Notes under the pieces: model-generated
Seen by the model: the letters and a program-made list of their open reading frames with translations, nothing else
Database searches by the model: none
Told to the model about the DNA's origin: nothing
Assembly: GCA_963693365.1 (NCBI GenBank)
Contig: CAVNZM010000012.1
Span: 5,964,889-6,028,888, forward strand
Reading direction: 5' to 3'
Length of the DNA: 64,000 bases
DNA from: Amoebidium appalachense
Lineage: Eukaryota; Protista; Ichthyosporea
Translations under genes and position numbers: made by a program
In this document: one piece after another, positions 31,730 to 43,553 of the stretch
Layout of the letters: each line of letters starts with the position of its first letter
How positions within the stretch are numbered: position 1 is the first letter of the stretch

Positions 31730-31938
31730 CGCACCATTGCAGACCTCAAATCAAGCCACTCCCGGAATCTTTCTTCGCGTTTACCACCCATCTCCCCCCC
31801 CCCCCCCCCCCCCCCCCCAAACACACACTCACACACCGTGCTCCCCCCTCCCCCCCCTATAAGACCCCCCTCCCCCTCCCCCTCCCCCCTCCCCCCCCCC
31901 CCCCCCCCCACCTTCTCTCTCTCTCTCTCTCCCCTCCC

Positions 31939-32032
<94 letters not shown>

Positions 32033-32129
32033 TTCCTCCTTTTTTTTTTTTTTTTTTTTTTTTTTTTGGCGCCTGTTGTTTTGCTTGTCATTTGTTGTTC
32101 TGGTTGATTACCTGTAATCTTCGCTTATT

Positions 32130-32164
<35 letters not shown>

Positions 32165-33381
32165 TGTGCGGGGTTGCACATACCGGTGTCTACTTTTCTT
32201 CTTACTGTTTTTCTCTCCACACACTTCATCTGTCCACTTCTGCATACCCCCTTTCATAGCTATAGACACACTTCACACATTGCGTTACGCGCACGCATGC
32301 ACACACCGCTCTGTTGGCGACAGCTCCCTTGGAACCCATGCGGCATGTTACCCGCCGGCGTAACATAACTCGGACTATCGGTTTGGCTTTTTTCAAGCCC
32401 AAAGCAATGGGTGATACCATATTTCCGGCTGACATCCGGGGGCATAGCTTTCCGTTCGAAGACGATAAAGTTCCGCCCTAGTAAGCGTGTTACTACCCTG
32501 CGGCGTGGGTCAAATCTCATATTTTCCCCTCTGATTACGAATTCTGTGGCCTTCGGGACTTAATTCTTTTCAGCTGGTGTAGTATGTTAGCCAGGGAAGT
32601 ATCGACTTAGGTATCGACGGGGGAGCTTCCTAGAAGCCCCGTCTCCTGAGTTCCTATCTATATTTTTCTTGCTTCTGCTTACTGCTGCAACTTTAACCCC
32701 CGGCCTTTCCCACTGCCCTTGCCTGCATAAGCAACCCTGCTCGTCTCTGATCAAGACGGGTGACCTACTCATGTTCAAGTGAAACAGTATCTGAGTTGGG
32801 TTTCGTTAACGAGGGGAATAGGTCGAAACTCGGGTACTGTGGATGACGTGGGCCCCCCCTGAGGATGGGCTCTGCTTATTATGCATACTCTTTATGTATG
32901 GCTTGCATTCTGCATCGTGTTATCCGTTTGTTCTTGTGTACTTCGTACTTTTTGACGCATTCAAAACCCCCCCTCCCCCCCCGGCCCTCTCACCCACACC
33001 ACACCACCCACTTTCTCTAGCTTCCATGTCCGTGTGTTTTACCACTCACCCCATCCCTCTTCGTTCACCCACAGATACGAATTTGGAGGCCAGCCCTTAC
33101 ACGCCATTGCCAACCCACCATCCCCACCACCGTGCCCAAATTGCGGCGCCTCGCGAGTTTTTGAGCTGCAGGTTTTGCCCTACCTCTGGTACACCCTACG
33201 GCCCAATGACAGCAAGACAGTGACGTCATTGGGGTCTGTTGATTGGGCCACGGTCATGGTGTACACGTGCCGTGCGGGATGCTGGAAGGCGGGTGATTGG
33301 TGCAGGCACGAGCACGTGATAGTGCAGTTGGACCCGGATGCGCACGTGCTGCAGGAGAGGTTGAGCGCGAGGAAGAAATAG
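26079..33381 (+). CDS. PDCD2L: Programmed cell death protein 2-like / Tsr4 (uS5 chaperone family), ~453 aa
   Basis: Exons 26079-26186, 27360-27518, 28083-28148, 29345-29608, 30387-30732, 31332-31443 and 33075-33381 join in frame. Motifs: NKFGGTPNW, CRVCGGPLSHVLQICAPL, RVLYVWAC, ETYEK, PAQCLRYEFGGQPL, CPNCGASRVFELQVLP, VDWATVMVYTC. No MYND finger. Confidence 0.93.
27798..28014 (+). mobile_element. Two old 3'-end fragments of the C-run retroposon in PDCD2L intron 2
   Basis: CCCTGAGG..GGCTCTACCTATGA..TACTCT..TTGCATTGTGTT (27798-27870) and AAAATCTCCATTATGATGCCTGTCGTGAATATGTACTT..CAACACGTTCTAAC (27945-28014) match other family copies. The pair is bracketed by poly-C. Confidence 0.55.
28183..29215. 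repeat. 24-bp minisatellite (CAGGCACGTACACATACATGCATG)n with a ~472-bp higher-order duplication
   Basis: Tandem units. The variant block starting GGAACGTACTCAC occurs at ~28498 and ~28970. Lies in PDCD2L intron 3. Confidence 0.95.
29656..29935 (+). mobile_element. Diverged 5'-truncated copy of the C-run retroposon containing the structured 3' domain
   Basis: Collinear with 32703-32966, with substitutions that preserve pairing. Ends GATGCATTCCAAA-CCACCCC. In PDCD2L intron 4, sense orientation. Confidence 0.85.
31557..32966 (+). mobile_element. Longest copy of the non-coding C-run retroposon (core 32131-32966)
   Basis: The core is the reverse complement of 59222-60050, with roughly 20 differences by eye. 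It ends GACGCATTCAAAA followed by poly-C. A putative imperfect TSD, CCCCCCGGCGCTCCC (31541-31555) and CCCCCCGGCCCTCTC (32977-32991), sets a tentative 5' end. In PDCD2L intron 6, sense orientation. Confidence 0.85.
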
Positions 33382-34028
33382 GGGGAGGGGTAGCGTGTGT
33401 GTACGTATGTGCGTGTATGTATGCGTGTGCACGTGTGCGTGTACGTGTGTGCATGTTCTTGTGTATTTACGTGTGTGTACGTGTATGCCGCATGTAGATA
33501 TGTGTATGTACATGACACTGTATGTGCGTGTGTTCATGTACATGTGTAACACGTGTGTGTATATATACAGGCGTGTGTATATGCGTGCATAATATGTACA
33601 GGTTTGTTTACGTGTGTACATACACGTGCATGTGTATGACATGTTGGTCTGTGTGCACATGGTTACGTACGTGTGTATGGGGGGTGCACAACTGGGTGCG
33701 CATGCAAATCTGTGCGTGTATCTACCGTGTTTAGTATCTATGTGTAGAACAGAACGGATCGTGCAGTGTGATAGCTTCCGCGGTGGCTCGACTTAGCGAA
33801 TGAACACATGATTCAGAATTGATTTTAGAGCTGGTGAATTCAGAAAGAATGATGTATGTAAAATGATAATAAATTGGCGTCCGGGACCCCACCGGCCACT
33901 CATGATCACGGCGTACATCTACACATGCATGGATTATGCAACTTGCATCAAATTTAACAACCTACATGGGCATGCAGAACTCGCATGCATACACCACGTA
34001 CCCTCGGCAGGTACCGGAACACGCACAC

Positions 34029-34063
<35 letters not shown>

Positions 34064-34627
34064 TGCACATGCACACAGTTTTGAACGATACATTAGTTGG
34101 TTGGGCGACGTAAACGAAATTGCTAAGAATTGTACACTTGCCCTGCGGAAAACACATCATAGTCGTTCCGTTGCCATTTCTGAACTTCTCTGCCACACCG
34201 ACATGTCGGAAAATTCATAACGTTACGAGCTCTACAACGAGTCACGGTGGTCGCGAGGTAAGTTTTGTTATATAACATTACATAGCGGCGACCCTGATGT
34301 AGCCGAAGACAGCATGTGGCATAGACGGCTCCCGTCACCGGTGCTGATATAATTAATTGCAGAGGGAGATGCAAGTGTGCAAGTGTGCGCCGCACAAACA
34401 CGGTACAGGTGATCTGAACTGCGTTTGCCCGAGCCGCTTATAAGATCACATGTGGCCGCTTGTAAGATCACATAGGGCCGCATCTAAGATCTCTTTTCAG
34501 CCAATCACATGCGTCCCCGTCCGAGCCCGTCGCCCGCCAAAACGTCGGACACCAAGTCGAGGCAAGAGCAAGAGCCTGTGAGTTGAACACTCGAACACAG
34601 AAACACGTCAGCAACACCATCCCACTG

Positions 34628-35078
34628 CAACCAAGCACTTTTCTATTCAACCAAGCACCTTTCAAACAAGCACTTTCTAACCAAGCAAGCACTTTTGAAC
34701 CAAGCATTCTTCAACCAAGCACTCATTAACCAAGCACTATTCAAGCAAGCGCTATTCAACGAAGCACTTTTCAACCAAGCACGCTGCAACACGGGCAAGC
34801 ATTCTTCAACTAAGCACTCTTCAAACAAGCAATTTCAAGCAAGCACTCATCAACCAAGCACTATATAACCAAGCACTATTCAACAAGCACTATTCAATCA
34901 AGCACTATCTAACCAAGCACTTTTCAAACTGCAAATTCCAAAAACACGGGCAGCATTCTTGAAAAAAAGCACTTCCAAGCAAGCACTTTCAGGCAAGCAC
35001 TCTTCGACCAGCCAAGCACGCTGCAAAGCACGCTGGAGATTCTAAATACACGGGCAAGCGCGTCCCAACCAAGCACAA
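34628..35078. repeat. Degenerate ~17-18-bp tandem array (TTCAACCAAGCACTA-like)
   Basis: More than 20 AAGCA(C) cores, all on one strand, ending ~30 bp before the ATG at 35109. Confidence 0.9.
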
Positions 35079-35108
35079 CACAGGGCAACCCCTTTTCCTT
35101 TCTGGAGA

Positions 35109-35923
35109 ATGAGTGTGCCGGCCACCGACTTGCTCCTGGCTGCTGGGGAGGCGCTCAAAGTGGAGGGTGTGTCTCTGTGTGAGCGCATATGTGAGGTGGC
35201 ACGTGTCTTGCAGGAACGAGAGAAGGCCGTCGAAGAAAGAGAGATGAGGGTGGAGGTAGAGCAACGCCAGCTTGCTGAGGAGAGGTGCGAACAATGCCCC
35301 ACTTGGCCACATGCATGCGCTTGCATGCACACACACACAAACATGCTCGTAAGACGCAAGCCCATTCTCTTTGACAACAGCGCATGCACAGCACACGTGC
35401 ACGCACTCGAACCAAACACACACTCGTGCATCCAGTGACAACTACAAAGGCATTTGTTCGTGCGCCGAAAAATCTCCACAAAGTGCTATGCATTGGCCTA
35501 GTCCAGCATGTTTGCTCTTGTCCACTGCTACAAAAAAACTTTGCCTTACTCTCTATCGGTTTCACTGCTGGCACCCCCCCCTTGCCCTACTTGCTTCATA
35601 AGAGGAAACGTGCAAAGTGCGGGGCACTCATCCACTTGAGCGCATTCACAGGCACACACACACACTAACAAGCAGGAATTTGTGCTCTTTAAGCTGCCCC
35701 GAGTGCACGGCCACACACACGTTTTCTCACACAACAACCAACACACTCCTGAGCTTCTCCCTGCCTTCCCCTCTCTTCTTGCCTCCTACTCTCCCTCTCC
35801 CTCTCCCTCTCCCTCCTCGTCCCCCCGCTTCTTCTCATTCCCCATGTCACTCTCCGATCCCCTACCCTTTCCCGCTCCCTCGCCCTTATGTCTCTCGCCC
35901 TCTACTTCATCGCCCCCGCCCCG

Positions 35924-35954
<31 letters not shown>

Positions 35955-36527
35955 ACTCCGTTCTCCTCCTCCTGCTACCTCCTCCCCCCCCCCCCCCCAA
36001 CACATCTCCCGCATCGTGTTATCCGTTTGTTCTTGTGTACTTCGTACTTTTTGACGCATTCAAACCCCCCAACACATCTCCCTTCATTCCGTCCCTCCCT
36101 CCTCCCCTCACCCTTCCCCAACCCTCCCCCCTCTTCTCCTTGACTTTCTTACAACACCTCTTCCACATCCTCTTCTCCTATGTGCTCCCTGCTGGGCCTC
36201 ATACTTTTCACGGATGGGTCTCCACTTGTCGGAGTAAGGAAAATAGGAAAATTTCTAAAACTGAAAATGTGACGGTAGGTGTAGCTGGGTGGGGTTGATA
36301 GTAGACGGAACGAGAGGCAGTCAAGTTTCATCCGTCTGGTCTCCCCCCTCCCACCCTCTCCCCTTCCTCCCAAACACACACACATACACAGACACACGTG
36401 GCACACAACCCAGAAAAGGCACATATACTCAACTCCCCCTCCCCCTTCTTATAGCCCCTCCACCCCCCTCCCCCCCCCCCCCCCGCCTTCCCCCTATATA
36501 TGTACTTAAGCATACTTACATCTTCAC

Positions 36528-36596
<69 letters not shown>

Positions 36597-38153
36597 GCCT
36601 ATCCTGCAGAGCCCAGTTTGCCGCCGAATGCGAATCCGTCCACGCAATCAACGCCCAATCCACAGACCGCATCCTCCTGGATATGGGGGGCAAAACATTT
36701 GCCACCACCCGCCAAACAATGTGCGCCCAACCAGGCTCTATGCTGGCCGCCTGATTTAGCGGCCGCCATGTTATCCAAATACGCGCCGATGGGTCAGTGT
36801 TCATCGACCGCCCACCAGAGTTGTTCGCATACGTCTTGAACTATCTGCGTACGGGGGGGATTGGGTTGTTCCGCGGTGATGAGGGCGCATATGGGAAGGA
36901 GAGGTTGATGGAGGATTTTGAGTATTTTGGGCTCCCCTGGCCGGAAAACCCCAACTGAAAACCAGCTTCGATACTCTTTGAGACCTAGAGTGTTTCGTAA
37001 TCAATATAGAAAACGAGCCTGAGTATCAAGCAGCCGATATGGATATTGTGGACATATCCACGGCGGGGACTTTGTGCTGTGTAAATTGCAGGATTTCGGG
37101 AAGGAAGAAAACAAAACGGCACACTGTGCTACACTTTGGGACGTGACGACGGGGAAGCGGGTGAACGCATGGACGAAATACCAGAAGGAATATGGGGAGG
37201 CAGACATGTTTCGTTTGGATACCACCGGGAGATACGTTGCGGCCACTTACATTCCTACAGGTATCTACAGTCGGTCTCGCAGACGAACGGTTGTGGTTTA
37301 CAGCACCGAAGAGAAGGTGAACGTGCGGAGAATGACGGTTAAAAACAAGGAAATCGACCCGGGATGCTTGCAAGTAACACGGTTGAAATTGAAGTCAGGG
37401 ATATGATGTTTGCGGGTGATTTGCTAATCATGATTAACGGTAACAACAACATGTCGGCGGTGAAAATATCAACAGGGGAGATGGTCTGGACGAAGGAATA
37501 TCCGATAGCCAATGAAATTGGGCACCAAGGGCGGGTAAAATTCCACCCGCACAAAACGGACGAGGCTTTTGCTGTTCTCTGTGACGGTTCCAGACCCGAG
37601 ATAATGGCCGCAGACGTAAACACGGGCAACAAGTTGTATTCGGTAGTGAACGTCGATATAACACGTAACCGGGGTAGGAAGTATGATCATCAGTTGGCAT
37701 TCGCAATCTGGTTGGAGGGGAAAGAGCTGACTGTTGTGGAGGTAGATACCGTCAGAGGAGTGGTACACAGAGGCGTTCGTTTCTCGGTGGGGTTCGGATG
37801 GCAAGCGTTTGTCACGGAGTAACCTCTTGGACGTCGTCAGTAAGTCAATAAGACAAGACTATCGTTTTCTTCAGCTTATCGGACGCTATGCCTTGCTTGT
37901 GATTGATGGCGATTGGGGCGTGCCAGTGTTTCTGATCAAACATGGTAAGGAGAATTTGGAATCAAGGGAGATGTTTGTGGTTAAGACGCACGATGACAAT
38001 GATTGGTGGGATGACGAGTGCAAATATGCCATAAATGGTATTATGGTGGCGGCACGGGGGGGAATTCGAAGGGGGGAAGGTTGCGATGGTGTGGTGGGAT
38101 GGGAGCGGAAAGAAATAGGAAACGCCGCCGTGAGAATGAATGAGTGCATGTGA
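35109..38153 (+). pseudogene. Disrupted coiled-coil + KCTD-type BTB/POZ + beta-propeller-like gene
   Basis: Exon 35109-35284 splices to 36610. BTB: ILLDMGGKTFATTRQTMCAQPGSMLAA*FSGRH..DGSVFIDRPPELFAYVLNYLRTG..RLMEDFEYFGL. In-frame TGA at 36752 and 36956. The downstream beta-strand-rich region (LWDVTTGKRV, AVKISTGEMVW, AADVNTGNKLY) is split over ORFs 37074-37406, 37364-37822 and 37809-38153. Confidence 0.8.
36011..36064 (+). mobile_element. 54-bp extreme 3' end of the C-run retroposon with an exact 18-bp TSD
   Basis: Insert identical to 32912-32965. Flanked by CCCCCCAACACATCTCCC at 35993-36010 and 36065-36082. Confidence 0.92.
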
Positions 38154-38477
38154 TTGGGTAACACAACTCTATATGATTTGTCTGCACATAGTATGGCACT
38201 TCAAGTTATTGGGTATGACAATATATTAATTATCAATATTCATTTTCTGAGGTCCTACTATCAGATAACATGTGGGATTATTTCCTGTGTTCTAGGAATG
38301 ATTTGACGCATGCATATGCCACTGAGATATATAAGATCGATAGCCTGTGTTTTAATTGTTAGATGATTGATTTGCCCTGTGCTTTTTTTTTGTTTTTTTT
38401 TGTTTTTTCCCCCCCTATTTTGCCCTCCTCTTTTCGCTATGTTTTTGCCAATGGGCCCCGTGGGTGGGTGGGTGGGT

Positions 38478-38576
<99 letters not shown>

Positions 38577-39111
38577 AGGTTGGTGGCTGTGTGTGGTTGT
38601 GTGCGCTATGGTGTTGTGGTGTTAAATCCAAAAGGACCAAAACTATGCTTCATTTTTTCATATACACGCTTAAATTCTTTGGCAATCCATCCCCACCGGG
38701 ATAACGGTGGAGACAAATTTACGGAATTTTGTATGAAGGTTCTTACTGTAACATGCAAATTGATTGAGACTTTTTCCTTTTGACTGGATTTATTCAACGG
38801 AAAGATATGCAAGTATGCACGGCATACTTGTGAGGCAATAAAAACTTCACGAGTTATCCAGTAACAAGTGCGTGACTGAGATACCTGAACACTGTGTGAA
38901 AATCATATAGATACTCAATGTGACGACCAACAGAAAGTGTTCACATTGCCAGCCAGTGTAGCAGACACCCGTAGGGAAACTTGAATTTGCGATGTCGAGC
39001 TCCGTGGTTCGTAGATTGTACTGCTTTTGAATGCTGACATGTTTTGAAGGGATAGACTTAAAGTGGGCTCCGGCGGTGGTGGTGTGTGTGTGTTTGTTGC
39101 GGGGAGGAGGT

Positions 39112-39144
<33 letters not shown>

Positions 39145-39446
39145 GTTAGTATTTGATGTTTTTGTCCGGTTTTAATAAGCCTATTCCTTACAATGTGCAT
39201 GCGAGATTTATATACATATTCCCGGCATCATGAGCCATTGATACTGGAGGTCACTAATACTGCACTGAAGATATGAACACTTCTGTATTGTAACTTCAGC
39301 TACAAAGGAAAGTGCTGCGCGATTATTAAACACTTCAAGCAGCAATTATAAATGGACATCGGTACCTTCCACACATAAGGTGGTGTAGCCTGTGTGCGAA
39401 AGTGAGCGCGCGTGTGTAAGCATTAATGTACATGTGGGTGTGCAAC

Positions 39447-39605
39447 TGTGTGTGTGTGTACATGTGTGTGCGAGTGTGTGTGTGTACATGTGTGTGCGAG
39501 TGTGTGTGTACATGTGTGTGCGAGTGTGTGTGTGTACATGTGTGTGCGAGTGTGTGTGTACATGTGTGTGCGAGTGTGTGTGTGTATGTGTGTGTGTGTA
39601 CATGC
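39447..39605. repeat. Compound repeat (GTGTGTGTACATGTGTGTGCGA)n
   Basis: About five tandem 24-26-bp units. Confidence 0.85.
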
Positions 39606-40415
39606 GCGTGTGCGTGTGCGTGTGGTGCGTAAGGGTGTGTGAGAGTGTTACAGTGAATTGCATGTGTATACATATTTATGTGTTTACGTCCACGCCGCAG
39701 GTACCGGTGTGCATATGTCCTCACGGATGGATAAACTATTAAGGTTGTGCCCATTAATACGTAGGTTCGGAAATGGTCATTGACAAATCGTACAGGGGAA
39801 ACGTTTAAACAGGAAGTTCAACTACGCTTTTCTGCCAAGACAAAGCATTAAAAACCAAACGTCTAATTACAAGAGGAGGGCGTATGGGAGGTTGATCGTT
39901 GCTGGCTACATGTTAAACTTTGCAATTGTTCACGTAGGGTTGAAACATCAGCAACAATATAATGAATGGAAACCAAAAAAAAAAAAAAAAAAAAAAAAAA
40001 AAGGTATCAATAGTGCGGCCTCTTCTAAAGACACTTGCGATTGCACACATGTGCACCTACACCCGTGGCCACACTCACCCACCGATCCCCACACAAACAC
40101 GCACACACAGTGCCCCCCCTCCCCTCCCCCCCCCCCCCTCCCCCCCCCTCCCCCACATACACACACACACACAACGGGGAGAGGGAGGGGAAGGGGAGGG
40201 ATAATCTTGGCAACAGTTAACTATGATGGTGGTGGTTGGTAGTGGCACATAATTGTGTACTGTGCCTCGATAAACAGTGCTTAACCCCCAAGTGAGTGAG
40301 TGAGTTAGTGTGTATGTACGTGTGTGTGTGTGTGTGTGTGTGCGCACGCGTTTGTGTGTGTGTGTGTGTGTTGGGGAAGCGGTGGTGGCGGTGGCGGCAG
40401 CGGCAGTTTGGGGGG

Positions 40416-40448
<33 letters not shown>

Positions 40449-41780
40449 GAGTGCACCACAGTGACGTCGGATGAACACAGATATATAGCAAAAGATGGTA
40501 TGCCGTAGCAGCCAAAGGGCAGTATAGCCATTTTTTGGTTTTCTAGATACGGACTAGGCCAACAGTTCTCATGACATCCCCCCCCCCCCCCTCCCCTCCC
40601 CCTCTCTCCTACGTGTGACAATGTTTCCTCGTTTGTCCTCGTGCAAACGAAACATTGGGCAATAATACTGTTTGGGGTGGTGGTGGTGGTGTATATGTGT
40701 GTGTGTGTATGGGGGGAAGGGGGGGGGGGGGGGGGGGGGGGGGGGAAGGGGGGAAGGAGGGGGGTGAGCTGACCTTAAGTTTGTCAATTAGCACATATCT
40801 CATTCACTTGCCTCCATGAGCACACAAAATGCACACACACACAACTATTAGGGTCCTATCAGGTATCATGGCCATGGCGTGGGCGCCAAAAACAGCGTGC
40901 TGTGTACATACATGAATCATTAGGGTACGCCTGTGCATTGGCTTTTTTTCGCGCGTCTTTAACGGCTTACATGGGCTACTGGAATATACAGAAGGCAGCA
41001 ATACACTTATATACCAGTGATACTTAAGAGTCCCGCAGTTGTCAAGTATATGTGTATATCAATATCAAAAAAAATAAAAAATAAAAATAAACCTTTTGTC
41101 AACAACTCGTGTATGATTTTGCAGCGTGCAAATGTTTGTGTGTACATGTGGGAGAGGCAACTCCAAAACCGCTACCCAATAAACATTATGAACCGGAAGT
41201 TATGAACATTTACAATGTCAGGCAACATACAACAAAACAACAAACACAAAACCATTTCGAGGCCAAAAAAAAAAAACACCAATATAGCTATGCCTGCCGT
41301 AGATCAATAACATATATGTGCATCGACTGCTCACTCACCGTGTATATCTAACTGTACATCCTTTGTTTGGCCCCAATGTTACACCACAATACCCTTTACA
41401 GCCATAGGACATGACTACTCTCCTTAAGCTCCTACTTATGCGTGAGTAAAGATTCTATTCAACACCCGACAACCACACACACCCGCACACAAAAGAGGCT
41501 CCCACACACACGTACACACAAGCATACACGCACATATTTTCTCTTTATCTTTATCATCCCTTTCGATCCCGTCCACAAACCAGCCAACATTCGATAGCCA
41601 AGCCACAAAATGAACACAAAAAACCCACAATCATAAGCAAAATCTACATCAAGTTGAACCCAATTTCATTACACATTTCTTTCATTCATTCGCCGTTTAA
41701 AACACTCCACCCAATACTTCAACAGCAGTCAATTTCAACACTTTCCGGGATCCACCAAACATAACCACTCCCATCCATCA

Positions 41781-41818
<38 letters not shown>

Positions 41819-41916
41819 ACCCACACACACACACACACACATTCCCCCTCCCGCCCTCGTCACCTTATCCTCTTCCTCATCCCCCTCACCCCTCCTCTCC
41901 ACCCACCCACACACAC

Positions 41917-42316
41917 TCATATGGGAGGCCTCTTACTCCACCTCAACTCTGTCAGTCCCGTACAGTGCGCAAGCGCCTTTGTACTCGCCACGGCCGTGTA
42001 CGTCAAATCCAGTTCGCGCAGTTTCGTGCATTCCCTCAATGCTTTTACGCTGTGCACGAGGGTGGAGGAGAGGTCCAAGGTAGAGAGGGAGGTGCAGTTT
42101 TGCAAGGGGGCGACGGTGCGGATTTTTGTGTTGCGGAGCTTTAGACGGGTAAGGTGGCGGCAGGAGGAGAGGGGGTCGATGCTCATCACCTGTGTACGTG
42201 TGTGTGTACGTGTGGGTGTGGGTGTGTTGGGGGGAGGGGGGGGGGGGGGGATTAGAATATGTCAAAAAAAAAAAAAAAAAAAAAAGGCATACAAAGTTAA
42301 GTTTTTTTTTTTTTTT

Positions 42317-42347
<31 letters not shown>

Positions 42348-42835
42348 GGGGGGGTCTCACGAGTGATCGCCCAATCATGCATAGAAAGAATGACTGGGCG
42401 CCGATGTGTGGTGTGACACCGTATATGTGTGTGTGTGTACACGTGCACGAGCGGGTGTGTAGGTGCATGTATGGGTGTGCGTGCTGGATAGAGTGGGGAA
42501 GGGAAGGGGCAGGAGAAGAGGAGGGAGGGGGGAGAGGGCGGGGGGGGGGGGGGGGGGGGGGGGGGGAGGGAGGGGAAGGGGGCAGGGGTGATGTATGCGT
42601 TAGAGGGTTGGAAATATGGAGGAGACAACAAAGAGCAACAACAAGACGTCACAAACGTGGGAAAACCAAAATCAAAACAGGGGGGGGGGAGGGGGGGACA
42701 CGTACGGGGGTGGAGGCCAGATCCAGGTTTGCGAGGGCAGGCAGGTGGGAAAGTGGTTCCACACAGGAGACATGGGTGCCGTGCAGATCCACAGAGGTCA
42801 GATGCGTGCACAGAGACAGCACGGATATGTCCGTA

Positions 42836-42931
<96 letters not shown>

Positions 42932-43286
42932 GCACATGTGTGCATCTGTGTGGTATTTATGCATACGCATGGGCTTGTGCACTTTTTTGCTGCACGGAGA
43001 GAGGGGGAAGGGGAGGGGGGCAGGCGGGGAGAGTTGGGAGGGAAGGACGGAGGCAGTCGAGAAGGAAGGTGGGGTGGAGCGGGGGAGGAGGGAAGGCGTG
43101 AGGTGAGAAAAAAGAGGTCAGCCTGGCCTACTGCAGTCATGGTACTTATGATGATGGAGCCACACATATCGCCATGCCCCTCACGTCCTCCCTTCCCACC
43201 ATAAAAATAACCAAAAGGGCTCGGCTTAACTAGCGCACAATTGCAAAAATGCACACACATTCTTTTTTTCTCCTTCCAATTTAAAG

Positions 43287-43337
<51 letters not shown>

Positions 43338-43522
43338 AGGGTGAATGCATGTGTGTGTGTGTGTTATATACACACACGCATCCATTTTCTTTCACTCTTC
43401 CCAGAAAGAAGATGGGGGGAGGGGCGAGGGTAAGTGCATGTGTGTGTTTGTGTTTGTGTGTGCGCGCGCGCGTGTGTGGTGGTGGCGGTGGGGGTCTTTT
43501 CTTTCTTTCTTTCTTTCTTTCT

Positions 43523-43553
<31 letters not shown>

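Noticed and set aside
32310-32886. Group I or group II intron identity for the structured element
   Set aside because: No convincing P/Q/R/S set or domain V was found by eye, and 5' truncation with TSDs fits retrotransposition better.
36752-36754. TGA as Trp or selenocysteine recoding
   Set aside because: TGA is the normal stop of three genes here (7233, 19701, 41917), and this locus has other independent lesions.
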